Part shown: positions 10,420 through 20,209 of the stretch, piece by piece
How the letters are laid out: each line of letters starts with the position of its first letter
Position numbering within the stretch: position 1 is the stretch's first letter
From: a virus
Reading direction: 5' to 3' (one strand)
DNA length: 64,000 nucleotides
IMG/VR virus record: IMGVR_UViG_3300048929_000741
Span: 1 to 64,000 of that record
Program-made: the position numbers and the translations under genes
The notes under the pieces: generated by a model
What the model was told of the DNA's origin: nothing
Databases searched by the model: none
The model's input: only the letters and a program-made list of their open reading frames with translations

Positions 10420-11017
10420 AACAATCCCCAAATATTCAAAAGCTGAAAATACGATTGAAATATTACGTTCTATGAATCCTGTGGAGCGCCGTGAATGTTT
10501 AATTTCTAATAACATAAGGTTGGCTATTTCAGTAGCGCAGAAGTTCAGCTATGAAGAAGACTATGAATCTGTAGCAATGATTGGATTGATTAAGGCAGCT
10601 GACACTTTTGATATAGAAAAAGGCATTAACTTCGCTACATATGCTACAAGGGTAATTCACAATGATATTTTGATGTACATTCGTAGAATTAAAAAATACT
10701 CAAAAGTTGTATCTTTTGAAACCATTATCCCTGGTACTGATGAAACTCCTTTAACCATTGGCGATACTTTAAGCTACGACGATGACAAAATAAACGAGCT
10801 CGAAAAAGCAGAAGGAATAAAGGCACTTTATGATGCTATACATTCTCTTCCGGATAGGGAATGTAAAATCATCTGCTTGCTATACGGCATAGGAGAGGCA
10901 AGGCGTTATAAGCAACATGAGGTTGCTGAACGATTCGGAATTTCTCAATCATATGTAAGCCGTGTAGAAAAAAGAATACTTAAAAAGATGAAAACAATGT
11001 TGAAAAATTACAGATAG
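10298..11017 (+). CDS. Sigma-70 family factor, sporulation SigE/SigK-like; true start probably near 10472
   Basis: IGLIKAADTF...FATYATRVIHNDILMYIRR; QHEVAERFGISQSYVSRVEKRIL. Confidence 0.85.
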   Translation: MVYMILVQSIGRALKHWNGKMMNARFQIMRSWSITIWKENKTIPKYSKAENTIEILRSMNPVERRECLISNNIRLAISVAQKFSYEEDYESVAMIGLIKAADTFDIEKGINFATYATRVIHNDILMYIRRIKKYSKVVSFETIIPGTDETPLTIGDTLSYDDDKINELEKAEGIKALYDAIHSLPDRECKIICLLYGIGEARRYKQHEVAERFGISQSYVSRVEKRILKKMKTMLKNYR

Positions 11018-11109
11018 ATGGGACCGCAAAGTCCCTAAACTATAATACGTTTTTTACCCGGGTTGAAATATATGTAACTTGTCAATTAGTGCCTATGGAG
11101 GAAAATATC

Positions 11110-11544
11110 ATGGCAGAAGTAAATTTAAAAGAGTTCGCAGGCGGCGCCCTGCAGGAGAAGTTTGATGCAGCTATGGGAAAGGTTCTGGAGAATATGCAGG
11201 ATCCAAATACCCCGTGGAAAAATAAGAGGGCTATCACCGTTAAGGTCACCTTGCAGCAGAATGAGGACCGTGACGATGCCGAGGTCGATGTTTCCGTTGA
11301 AACTAAAACGGCTCCGGTTGCTCCAATTGCTACCAGAATGGCAATCGGTAAGGATCTTAAAACTGGTGAAACATTTGCTCAGGAATATGGAAAGCAACTT
11401 CGCGGACAGATGTCCTTGAAAGACTACCAGACACCGCAGGGAGATTTAAAGGTTGATGGTAAAACCGTTGATACAGAAACCGGAGAAATCAAAGAAGAAT
11501 CAGATGGCAAAGTAGTTGATTTGAGAGCAGCCAAACAGGCTTAA
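11110..11544 (+). CDS. Conserved phage protein
   Basis: RBS; LKEFAGGALQEKF...NMQDPNT motif. Confidence 0.7.
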   Translation: MAEVNLKEFAGGALQEKFDAAMGKVLENMQDPNTPWKNKRAITVKVTLQQNEDRDDAEVDVSVETKTAPVAPIATRMAIGKDLKTGETFAQEYGKQLRGQMSLKDYQTPQGDLKVDGKTVDTETGEIKEESDGKVVDLRAAKQA

Positions 11545-11558
11545 GGAGGATTTGAATT

Positions 11559-12281
11559 ATGGATATGACAAGAGACGCATTACAGTATGTAGTTGGATTA
11601 AAAGAAGCAATGCTCCTGGAGATCAATGGAGATACATATACCGATAAGGAAATTTACAGAGTAGATAATGATCTCCGGGCAGCGGCAATTGATATGTATA
11701 CGCTTACAGGCCTTATCGACTATGCGAAAGCATTTACCGGTGAAATGTCTGAACAGATGCTGGTACAGGTGGTTTCCCCTACGGAAGTTAAGTTGATTTC
11801 CTGCCTTGATACAGATCGGAAGCGTGAATGTCTTGTAAATGTAAAGGCTATGATTCCAGAATTCAGCTATGGCAGGTACATTGACCATGAAAGTTTTATC
11901 ATCGCTTTACAGTCAAAATTTATCAGTAATGATGACAGAGCTTTATTACTTAGATTTGCCGGCACTGTAAAAGATGAATCCGTGGCTCAGTATGGGGATG
12001 ATGGAGTAACCCAGACGGCTACGATTAAGACAGGAATTACTTCTGTTGACAAAGCAATCGTTCCTAACCCGGTGAATCTGCGCCCGTTCCGTACCTTTGT
12101 TGAAGTAGAGCAGCCTGAAAGTGCATTTGTATTCCGTATGAAGCAGAGCGAAGGGCGCGGAGTGGAGTGTGCCATCTTTGAAGCTGATGGTGGTGCTTGG
12201 AAGAATGAAGCCATGAGAAACATTAAAAACTATCTTGGATTTGCCCTGGAAGAATTACCGGGATTTACAGTGATTTCATAA
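11559..12281 (+). CDS. Conserved phage protein
   Basis: DDGVTQ, PNPVNLRPFRTFVEVEQPES, FEADGGAWK. Confidence 0.75.
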   Translation: MDMTRDALQYVVGLKEAMLLEINGDTYTDKEIYRVDNDLRAAAIDMYTLTGLIDYAKAFTGEMSEQMLVQVVSPTEVKLISCLDTDRKRECLVNVKAMIPEFSYGRYIDHESFIIALQSKFISNDDRALLLRFAGTVKDESVAQYGDDGVTQTATIKTGITSVDKAIVPNPVNLRPFRTFVEVEQPESAFVFRMKQSEGRGVECAIFEADGGAWKNEAMRNIKNYLGFALEELPGFTVIS

Positions 12282-12335
12282 CAACATATACCCGCCGGTT
12301 CAGTAATGGACCGGCGGAGAAAGAAGGACATAAGT

Positions 12336-12782
12336 ATGAATCGTGTGATTTTATGCGGGAGATTAACCCGTGATCCAGAAGTGAGATATTCCCAGGGTGA
12401 AAAAGCTATGGCCATAGCAAGATATACACTGGCGATAGATCGTAAAAAACGAAGAGCTCAGGATAATAATGAGCAGACAGCAGATTTTATTAACTGTATA
12501 TCCTTTGACAAAGGTGGAGAGTTTGTAGAAAAGTATTTCCGACAGGGCATGAGAGTGCTTGTTTCTGGCAGAATTCAAACCGGAAGCTATACAAATAAGG
12601 ACGGTGTAAAAGTCTATACGACAGATGTTGTTGTTGAAGAACAGGAATTTGCTGATGGTAAAAATGCTTCTTCTGGCGGCGGAAGTCAGCCGGCAAATGC
12701 TCAGGGTACTTCTGGTGCTATTGGTAATGATTTTGTTAATATCCCAGATGGAGTTGAGGATGAAGGGTTGCCCTTTAATTAA
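12336..12782 (+). CDS. ssb: Single-stranded DNA-binding protein
   Basis: MNRVILCGRLTRDPE; acidic tail ending DEGLPFN. Confidence 0.93.
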   Translation: MNRVILCGRLTRDPEVRYSQGEKAMAIARYTLAIDRKKRRAQDNNEQTADFINCISFDKGGEFVEKYFRQGMRVLVSGRIQTGSYTNKDGVKVYTTDVVVEEQEFADGKNASSGGGSQPANAQGTSGAIGNDFVNIPDGVEDEGLPFN

Positions 12783-12788
12783 TAGGAG

Positions 12789-13193
12789 GTGCCGCATGTG
12801 AAGAAGAAAAATGAACCGAAGCCATCTGAAGTGATAAAGGATTTTCTTGATTACTTAGTGACCTGCCAAAAAGAATATCAGGCAGCATGTACAGAAATGT
12901 TTGCAGAAGATAAAAAAGTACAAGATTTTCTTCATGCGATTGAATTTGAGAATAACTGCAAGGAGCGTAATAAAATCACCACGCGCTGGCATATCAGCCG
13001 GAACAGGCGTAGAGCTGCGAAAGATAGATCCCTGGAGTTTAAACGAGTTGCAGAATTTTATTCTGATAAATCTAATAAGCCCTTTATTGATAAATTGCGC
13101 AGCATGGTTAAAGATCAGAAAAAGGAAGAGGAATGGCTTGAAAGTGAGCGTGTCTATAAGCAGAGAGTGGGTGAAATAAATGATACTGCTTGA
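12789..13193 (+). CDS. Hypothetical phage protein
   Basis: RBS GGAGG; QDFLHAIE...RRAAKD. Confidence 0.65.
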   Translation: MPHVKKKNEPKPSEVIKDFLDYLVTCQKEYQAACTEMFAEDKKVQDFLHAIEFENNCKERNKITTRWHISRNRRRAAKDRSLEFKRVAEFYSDKSNKPFIDKLRSMVKDQKKEEEWLESERVYKQRVGEINDTA

Positions 13194-13935
13194 AGATACC
13201 AGACAACAGGAAAAGAAACATGAGGTAAAACATCAATATTTCCGGTCAGTAGGTATTCATTGGAACCGTACTTGTTTATATTGCGGAGATTATACTCTCC
13301 CAGCAGATCAAAGTATTTGTATTGATACTAAAAAAGATATAGCCGAGCTTATAGGGGATATCCAGGTTAAGCAAATGCCTAAAAAAGAAGTGAAAGATAA
13401 AGTATATGAAATCTGTAAAAATGAGCGCATTTCATTTGATCTTGCTGATGATATATATCATGCGATATGTGACGATGATGAAGATCGATTTGCAGAAAAA
13501 GATATAAATGAAGTTTGCTACAAACATGCTTTATCTGAAAGCATAATGGCTTCATTTCAGGCGCTTTATGTCAAACGACACGGATTCTTTCACCGAGGAC
13601 TTAAACGGGCGCAGAATAGCGGAATACGGCTTTACATACTGGTGGAGAACGGGGACGGGGTAACTTGCATAGATGATTTGTCCCATTGGCACAATCCCAG
13701 GCTTGACACTATGATAAACAGCAATCAGATGATCGGCTTCTGGGGAAATGGAAAGCCACGGTATAAAAAAGTCTCGAAATATCCCTATGCAGCAACCGGA
13801 GAATGGCTGGCAAAGGCCTGCCTGACGATGGAAGAGAAATACGGGTGCAAGTTTCTTTTCTGCAGGCCGGATGAATCTGGATCAAAGATCTTGAAACTGT
13901 TAGGAGTGAATGATTATGCAGAAAAAACCTCCTAG
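13180..13935 (+). CDS. ERCC4-like nuclease (putative resolvase)
   Basis: EDTRQQ, GDY, IDTKKDIAEL, LYILVE. Confidence 0.7.
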   Translation: MILLEDTRQQEKKHEVKHQYFRSVGIHWNRTCLYCGDYTLPADQSICIDTKKDIAELIGDIQVKQMPKKEVKDKVYEICKNERISFDLADDIYHAICDDDEDRFAEKDINEVCYKHALSESIMASFQALYVKRHGFFHRGLKRAQNSGIRLYILVENGDGVTCIDDLSHWHNPRLDTMINSNQMIGFWGNGKPRYKKVSKYPYAATGEWLAKACLTMEEKYGCKFLFCRPDESGSKILKLLGVNDYAEKTS

Positions 13936-14389
13936 ATGCTGCTATCCTGATTGCTTCAATTGCCCATATGCCGATTGTAGAAATGACCAATTGGAAGCAG
14001 AGGATTATTCAGAATCCAATACCCGAGATTATGAGCATTACGAAGCCTGGAATGATGAGAAGTTACATAGGAATGCCGGAAAGGATTATCACATTGGCCG
14101 TCAAACGGAGGCCAAGCGTGGTGTTAGACCTTACGTTGATCGACATGAATATAATCAATCTTATTACAAGCGACGTCGGGAAGAAATTCTGGATAAAATA
14201 AAGGTTAATTATGATACGAATAAAAATACGGAAAGATGCCGGAAATATGTAACGACTCATTATGAACAAACGAAGCAGTATCAAAGTGATTATTACAGTA
14301 GAAATGCTGAAAAGAAACGGGAATATGCGCGTTTAAAATATCATCAAAAGAAAGCTCAAAAGGAAGTAGTTATTGACGGGAGGGTGTAA
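13910..14389 (+). CDS. Hypothetical basic protein with N-terminal Cys cluster
   Basis: CCYPDCFNCPYADC. Confidence 0.6.
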   Translation: MIMQKKPPRCCYPDCFNCPYADCRNDQLEAEDYSESNTRDYEHYEAWNDEKLHRNAGKDYHIGRQTEAKRGVRPYVDRHEYNQSYYKRRREEILDKIKVNYDTNKNTERCRKYVTTHYEQTKQYQSDYYSRNAEKKREYARLKYHQKKAQKEVVIDGRV

Positions 14390-14391
14390 AT

Positions 14392-15156
14392 ATGACACAT
14401 AGTTTTGATTCAGAAATAGCAGGGGAATATGGAATTTTAGAAGCCGTTCTCCTCAACCATATTTATTATTGGATTGAAAAGAATCGTGCAAATGAACAAA
14501 ACTTTTATGACGGTAATTACTGGACTTATAACAGTACAAGAGCATTTAATGAACTATTCCCTTATGTGTCTGAGCGACAAATTAAAAATGCCCTGAAGCA
14601 TTTACGTGAAGAGGAGATTATCATTACCGGAAATTACAATGAAAATGCCTATGATCGTACTTTGTGGTATGCATTGTCTGAAAAAGGATTATCCATTGTG
14701 CAAAAACGTCCAATGGAAGAGACAAAAGCGTCCAATGGAAAGGGCGATAATGTTCGACCTATACCAGATATAAAACCAGATAATAAACCAAATATAGAAC
14801 CAGATAATAATACAGTATCTAACGATACTGTTCGTAGCACTGACGTGCAACGCGTAGTTGAGGCTTGGAACTCTTTACCGGCAGTAAAGCACATAGCAAG
14901 ATTGGTGCCGGAATCTCAAAGGCATGAATGGCTAAAAGTTCGGATAAGAGATTACGGGATTGATGATGTTCTAAATGCCATTGATAATATTCGCTATAGC
15001 CCTTTTCTTCTTGGGCAAAGCAAAGGAGGCTGGACCGTAACTTTTGACTGGTTTGTAAGACCAAATAATTTTCCTAAAGTCCTTGATGGTAATTATCTTG
15101 AGAATAAGCCGGAAGAACCACAGCCTACGGATAGCGGAGGAGAGATATGGCAGTAG
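14392..15156 (+). CDS. Phage replication initiator (wHTH)
   Basis: HSFDSEIAGEYG...NFYDGNYWTYNS...DRTLWY; C-terminal TFDWFVRPNNFPKVLDGNY. Confidence 0.8.
   Translation: MTHSFDSEIAGEYGILEAVLLNHIYYWIEKNRANEQNFYDGNYWTYNSTRAFNELFPYVSERQIKNALKHLREEEIIITGNYNENAYDRTLWYALSEKGLSIVQKRPMEETKASNGKGDNVRPIPDIKPDNKPNIEPDNNTVSNDTVRSTDVQRVVEAWNSLPAVKHIARLVPESQRHEWLKVRIRDYGIDDVLNAIDNIRYSPFLLGQSKGGWTVTFDWFVRPNNFPKVLDGNYLENKPEEPQPTDSGGEIWQ
14762..14810 (+). repeat. Iteron-like repeats (putative phage origin) inside the initiator gene
   Basis: Four 12-bp-period ACCAGATA-like units. Confidence 0.6.
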
Positions 15157-15578
15157 CGGATAACGAATCAGATAAAATCATAATTTACACTGATGGTTCA
15201 GCTCTTAATAATGGTTCTCCTGATTCTGGCTGTGGTTGGGCAGCCAAATTAATCTACAATGGGAAATACCGCCTTAAGAGTGGTGGATGTCGTGGGAAAA
15301 CTAATAACCAGATGGAAATGTTAGCAGTTTTGAATGCTTTGAAGTCCATAACAGATCGAGATATTCCTGTAGTTCTTTACTCAGACAGTAAGTATGTCAT
15401 TGAAACATTAAACGGAAATTACCGTATGAACAAAAACATAGAACTGTGGAATGAGTTGATACCTGTTTATAAGAGTTTCGCTGATATCAAATCAATCTGG
15501 ATACGAGGTCATAACGGTGAATCCCACAACGAGGAAGTTGACAGAGCTGCAGTGGAGGAATCAAAGAAATGGCAGTAG
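15147..15578 (+). CDS. rnhA: Ribonuclease HI
   Basis: IYTDGS, TNNQMEM, YSDSKY, WIRGHNG...NEEVD. Confidence 0.92.
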   Translation: MAVADNESDKIIIYTDGSALNNGSPDSGCGWAAKLIYNGKYRLKSGGCRGKTNNQMEMLAVLNALKSITDRDIPVVLYSDSKYVIETLNGNYRMNKNIELWNELIPVYKSFADIKSIWIRGHNGESHNEEVDRAAVEESKKWQ

Positions 15579-17608
15579 GACAGAAATTATTTGATCCTGA
15601 TGAAATCCGCAAAACAATAAATGTCATCAAGCCTGATGGTGAACTGTTTGAGGTTCGATGCCTGGAAGCAAATGGTCGGAAAGTTTACAGTGGATATTTT
15701 AAATCTCCGGAATCCTTGATTGACCAGCTGTGCCGGCTAAATTCTACTGATAGCAATATTTACATAACCCTGGGCAAGGTGAAGGAAGAATGCTATTCCC
15801 GGGAGCAGCGAGAAAAGTTTGTTATGAATGCAAAGAATACGACTAATGATAATGACATTGTGGGATATAAATGGCTTTTCATAGATGTGGATCCACAAAG
15901 GCCGGCCGGCGTTTCCAGTTCTGAAGAACAGCTACAGAAAGCAAAAGAACGTGGCAATCGGATTTATGTATTCATGAAGAATCTTGGATTTAATGATCCG
16001 GTAACGGCATTGAGCGGTAACGGTATCCATCTACTATATCGGATACAGATTGCTAATAACGATGATAACAAGAAGCTGGTCAAAGCTTGCTTGACCGCGC
16101 TGGATATGTTCTTCAGTGATGATGAATTAAAGATTGATACCACCAATTTCAATCCCTCTCGGATTTGTAAGTTATATGGGACCATGGCTCGAAAAGGCAG
16201 CAATACGGAACAGAATCCTCATAGGCTCAGCCATTTGCTTTCAGAGGGCAGCAGGGAGCCAACGGATAGAATTTATCTGGAAAAGTTAGTTGCTATGATA
16301 CCTGAAAAAGAGGAGAAACCGCAGAAATATAACAACTATAATCCAAAAGAATTCGATCTGGAAGATTGGCTGCAACGGTATAATATCCGGTACAGAAAAG
16401 GCAGCTATAGTGACGGGATTAAATACATTCTGGACGAATGTCCTTTTGACAGCAATCACAAAGGCAAAGATGCCTGTATCTTTCAGACTCGGTCAGGCGC
16501 CATAGGATTTCACTGTTTCCATAATTCCTGCTCAGACAAAACATGGCAGGACGTTAGAAAGCTATTTGAGCCTGACGCCTATGAAAAGCGGCAACAGGAG
16601 TATGAGCGGAAGATATATTCCCGGCAGCCGGTTCAGCAGCGACCAATTCAAAGTATAGTTCCAGTCCAAGGGAACCCGGTATTCTTTACTGCGAGGAACA
16701 TACTGGATCTCATGGTTCCTGAGGAGCGTTTTGTAAAAAGTGGTATTGCTGATATTGACAAGAAACTGAGGGGGCTAAAAAAGGGATATGTAACTGTTAT
16801 GTCTGGCTTAAGAGCTTCCGGAAAGTCAAGTGTTATTTCCGAAATGACATTGGATGCAGTAGAATCCGGAAATAATGTGGGAATCTTTTCAGGGGAATTG
16901 GCTCCAAAGAATTTCATGAGATGGATGGATCTGCAGGCAGCCGGTAGAGGATATACGGAGCCTACACAGTTCGAGGGATATTACAATGTATCACGGAAAT
17001 ATAAAGAGCAGATCGCGGATTGGCTGGGGCAACATTTCTTCCTGTATAACAACGATTACGGCAATGATTACCGGGCGGTGGCAGAACAGTTTGAAAAAGC
17101 TATCGTGGAAAAGAAACTGGACTTGCTGATTTTGGATAACTTGATGGCGTTCAATATCCTTTGCCTATCGGATAACAAATTTGAAGCACAGACAGCATTT
17201 ATTCTGGATATGCAGCGGATTGCTAAAAAACACAATGCCCATGTGCTATTTATAGCGCACCCCAGAAAAGCAATGGGATTTCTTCGACTTGATGATATTT
17301 CTGGTACCGCAGATCTAGGGAATGCAGTTGATAATGCCCTAATAGTTCACAGGGTTAACAATGACTTTAAAAGACTTGGTAAGCAGATGTTTGGCTGGAA
17401 TGATAACAACCCCTTGTTTGAATCCACCAACGTTATTGAAATCGCAAAGGATCGTGATGGCGGAACAATGGATTATTTCGTTCCCCTGCATTACGAACCA
17501 GAAACTAAGCGGTTGAAAAATTCCCCTGCTGAAAACAAAATCTATGGCTGGAATAAATCAGATGATGGATTCCTGAATGTGGAGCAGGGAGAAATACCTT
17601 TTGATTAA
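15569..17608 (+). CDS. Primase-helicase fusion (AEP-like primase, Zn finger, DnaB-like helicase)
   Basis: FIDVD, SGNGIH, CPF...CFHNSC, Walker A GLRASGKS, LLILDNL, AHPRK. Confidence 0.85.
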   Translation: MAVGQKLFDPDEIRKTINVIKPDGELFEVRCLEANGRKVYSGYFKSPESLIDQLCRLNSTDSNIYITLGKVKEECYSREQREKFVMNAKNTTNDNDIVGYKWLFIDVDPQRPAGVSSSEEQLQKAKERGNRIYVFMKNLGFNDPVTALSGNGIHLLYRIQIANNDDNKKLVKACLTALDMFFSDDELKIDTTNFNPSRICKLYGTMARKGSNTEQNPHRLSHLLSEGSREPTDRIYLEKLVAMIPEKEEKPQKYNNYNPKEFDLEDWLQRYNIRYRKGSYSDGIKYILDECPFDSNHKGKDACIFQTRSGAIGFHCFHNSCSDKTWQDVRKLFEPDAYEKRQQEYERKIYSRQPVQQRPIQSIVPVQGNPVFFTARNILDLMVPEERFVKSGIADIDKKLRGLKKGYVTVMSGLRASGKSSVISEMTLDAVESGNNVGIFSGELAPKNFMRWMDLQAAGRGYTEPTQFEGYYNVSRKYKEQIADWLGQHFFLYNNDYGNDYRAVAEQFEKAIVEKKLDLLILDNLMAFNILCLSDNKFEAQTAFILDMQRIAKKHNAHVLFIAHPRKAMGFLRLDDISGTADLGNAVDNALIVHRVNNDFKRLGKQMFGWNDNNPLFESTNVIEIAKDRDGGTMDYFVPLHYEPETKRLKNSPAENKIYGWNKSDDGFLNVEQGEIPFD

Positions 17609-17623
17609 GAGGAGGTAGGTATT

Positions 17624-17944
17624 ATGACATTAAGCGCACCAAAGCCAACACGGGAGGAACGTGCGGCTATGACTAAAGATGAATTGCTAAGAACGGTTTG
17701 GCTACTCGATGATGTGCTTGAATCTTTAAGGTGGATACCGACTAAGGAAAGACTGCCTAAATATGACGGAGAGTATGAAGTAACAGTAAGAACCATACCA
17801 GGCTTTAAAGGGGTTGCCCCCGGAGTTGTTCAGAATATAAGAATGGTTTATGTTTCTGGGAAATGGAAAAGTCAATGGTTTCAGGAAGTTCCCTATTATC
17901 AGGTATTGGCATGGCGTGAAGTTGCAGAGCCGTTTAAAGGGTGA
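17624..17944 (+). CDS. DUF551-like phage protein
   Basis: WIPTKERLP...VLAWREV. Confidence 0.65.
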   Translation: MTLSAPKPTREERAAMTKDELLRTVWLLDDVLESLRWIPTKERLPKYDGEYEVTVRTIPGFKGVAPGVVQNIRMVYVSGKWKSQWFQEVPYYQVLAWREVAEPFKG

Positions 17945-17974
17945 TACATAACCTGCTTAGGCAGAAAGGAAAAC

Positions 17975-18400
17975 ATGAATACATATTTGATTACTTTAAC
18001 AGGATATGATAGACCGGTAACTGCTTACGGTGAAACATCGGGAAAGGCTAAGTATGATTCCTATTTAGAAATGGGGGACTTGTTTGATGGGTTTGCTGAG
18101 TTTTTGCGATTTGTAAAAAGCATAAAGCTGATCCATAAATTTAGACCATGCGATTTGTTTGGTGATATTGAACAGTTCGAGAGAATGAAAAAATGCCGTG
18201 ATATCCCATTCGCCTTTATGGGAATGAAGGTGATTTTAAAATCCAGAAGCAGGGGAGAGATTAAAGGGACCATTGTAGGATCCAATGACAGTATGAATCT
18301 GGATATTTGTTTTGATGGGACCTGCCACAAAGAGAATTGTCACCCGCATTACGAATTGATCTATTTGGATAATAGCGGAAATGTCATAGCTGAATTTTAA
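17975..18400 (+). CDS. Hypothetical phage protein
   Basis: RBS GAAAGGA. Confidence 0.65.
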   Translation: MNTYLITLTGYDRPVTAYGETSGKAKYDSYLEMGDLFDGFAEFLRFVKSIKLIHKFRPCDLFGDIEQFERMKKCRDIPFAFMGMKVILKSRSRGEIKGTIVGSNDSMNLDICFDGTCHKENCHPHYELIYLDNSGNVIAEF

Positions 18401-18436
18401 ACTGAACCATAATAAAACAGAAAGGATAGGAGAAAC

Positions 18437-18697
18437 ATGACAGAATATTTAGCAGAAAGAACCCTTGCAAACATGAGATTCGGCTTGTCTGTAAAGAGGC
18501 CTGGATTTGCATTTAGTGAGAAAATGGCCCTTGAAATGGGGGTGAAGGCATTAGAAAAACAGATTCAGGCGCAGCCAGTAAATGACGGAGCATTCGGTAA
18601 GTGCCCGGATTGTGGATATGAATTCAATTCGGAACTTTTATCAGAGTATGATTTGAAATTCTGCATTAATTGTGGGAAGAAGATTGGTAACTCTTAA
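18437..18697 (+). CDS. Zinc-ribbon phage protein
   Basis: ALEKQI, CPDCG, FCINCG. Confidence 0.7.
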   Translation: MTEYLAERTLANMRFGLSVKRPGFAFSEKMALEMGVKALEKQIQAQPVNDGAFGKCPDCGYEFNSELLSEYDLKFCINCGKKIGNS

Positions 18698-18720
18698 CCT
18701 GTTTTTGAGGAGATGAAGGC

Positions 18721-19173
18721 TTGAAGAAAATATTAGATGCATGTTGTGGCAGCCGAATGTTTTATTTTGATCGGAATGATCCTGATGTGATATATGCGGA
18801 TAACCGAGAACTTGAAACAACTCTGTGCGATGGTCGGAAACTTTTAATAAAGCCAGATGTTCAAATGGATTTTAGAAATATGCCATACAAGGATAATTCT
18901 TTTAAGGTAGTGGTATTTGATCCTCCTCACTTGGAACATGCAGGCACCGGCTCATGGTTAGGGTTGAAGTACGGGATACTTCCAAAGGATTGGCCAGAAT
19001 ATTTAAAAGCAGGATTTAACGAATGCATAAGGGTATTAGAACCGGATGGACTATTAGTCTTTAAATGGAATGAAGATCAAATACCGTTGGTCAAGGTGTT
19101 GGAAATTTTTGATAGAAAGCCACTCTTGGGGGATCAGAGAGGGAAAACAAGGTGGTTGGTGTTTATCAAGTAA
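18721..19173 (+). CDS. SAM-dependent methyltransferase (phage type)
   Basis: ILDACCGSRMF, VVFDPPH. Confidence 0.85.
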   Translation: MKKILDACCGSRMFYFDRNDPDVIYADNRELETTLCDGRKLLIKPDVQMDFRNMPYKDNSFKVVVFDPPHLEHAGTGSWLGLKYGILPKDWPEYLKAGFNECIRVLEPDGLLVFKWNEDQIPLVKVLEIFDRKPLLGDQRGKTRWLVFIK

Positions 19174-19206
19174 ACCCGAATTTGACGGATTACTGTACTT
19201 TGATAA

Positions 19207-20110
19207 CTTAATATTGATAGTTGGTAGAAATTTCTGTATTATATAAGTTAGATACGGAATTTATATAGGAGAATGTGAAATGAATGACATGATTGATTTT
19301 TTAAATGATGATAGAAATCCTAGTATGTATGGCATTTTGACTGGTATATGTAAAGGTGAGCATTGGTCTTTAAATGAAGATTTCCTGATCTTAGACGTAG
19401 CATACTCTTATTGTGTCGGTGGTTGTGGCGTGGTTGGTAGGATTCCATTTGAGAAAACGAAACAAGCAAGAGTATTTTTTGAAAGAATTTTTTCTTCACT
19501 TAAGGAAAAGAATATATGTGAATTTGAATTTTCATCAGAGGACAATGCGTTATGTGCAAAGATACTGGATATTTTTTCTGATAAAGAACTATATTCAGAG
19601 GAAGAATATTCATATCGGAAAGCAGATAAGTGCGTAGATAATGCTGTTATGCCATCTTATACATTTTTAGAAGTAAATAGAAGTTTTATGAAAATGATAG
19701 ATATATATATAAATGCTGATATGTTGCTTGAACGCTTGAATAACTCATGGTATTGCCAAGAAGATTTTTTTAGATATAGTAAGTGTTTTGTAGCAATACA
19801 AGGAAAGGAAATTGTTGGCATTATATTTGGTTCTGCAAGATTTTTAAATATTATTGATGTTGATATTGAAGTGTTAAAAGAACATAGAGGAAAAGGGATT
19901 GCTACAACGCTGACTTCTTATTTTGTAGATGCTTGTATTAGTAATGGGTGGATAGTACAATGGGATTGCGTTGAATCCAATATTAAATCTAGAGCAGTCG
20001 CTGAAAAATGTGGATTTCAGTTGTTCAAAAAGAGACCATATTACTGGTTTACTTTATAAAATTAAATTTATATGTGTATTATTAAAAAATTACTAACTAT
20101 CAGTATTAAG
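19207..20110. repeat. Inverted-repeat pair bracketing the GNAT moron
   Basis: CTTAATATTGATAGTTGGTA (19207-19226) vs TACTAACTATCAGTATTAAG (20091-20110), 18/20 complementary. Confidence 0.8.
19280..20059 (+). CDS. GNAT acetyltransferase (moron)
   Basis: EHRGKGIATTL, WDCVESNIKSRAVAEKCGF; AT-rich, own promoter and terminator. Confidence 0.85.
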   Translation: MNDMIDFLNDDRNPSMYGILTGICKGEHWSLNEDFLILDVAYSYCVGGCGVVGRIPFEKTKQARVFFERIFSSLKEKNICEFEFSSEDNALCAKILDIFSDKELYSEEEYSYRKADKCVDNAVMPSYTFLEVNRSFMKMIDIYINADMLLERLNNSWYCQEDFFRYSKCFVAIQGKEIVGIIFGSARFLNIIDVDIEVLKEHRGKGIATTLTSYFVDACISNGWIVQWDCVESNIKSRAVAEKCGFQLFKKRPYYWFTL

Positions 20111-20209
20111 CTGGTAGTTTTTTTGTTGTAGTAAATCCAGAAAACTGAAATTTAGCAGCCAACTGCTAAGCGTTGGAGAAAAGAGAAGATCGAGCCGGAG
20201 GTGATTTAA

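Noticed and set aside
5851-17796. Numerous short minus-strand and nested ORFs in the early operon
   Set aside because: Shadows of well-supported plus-strand genes with no RBS or motifs
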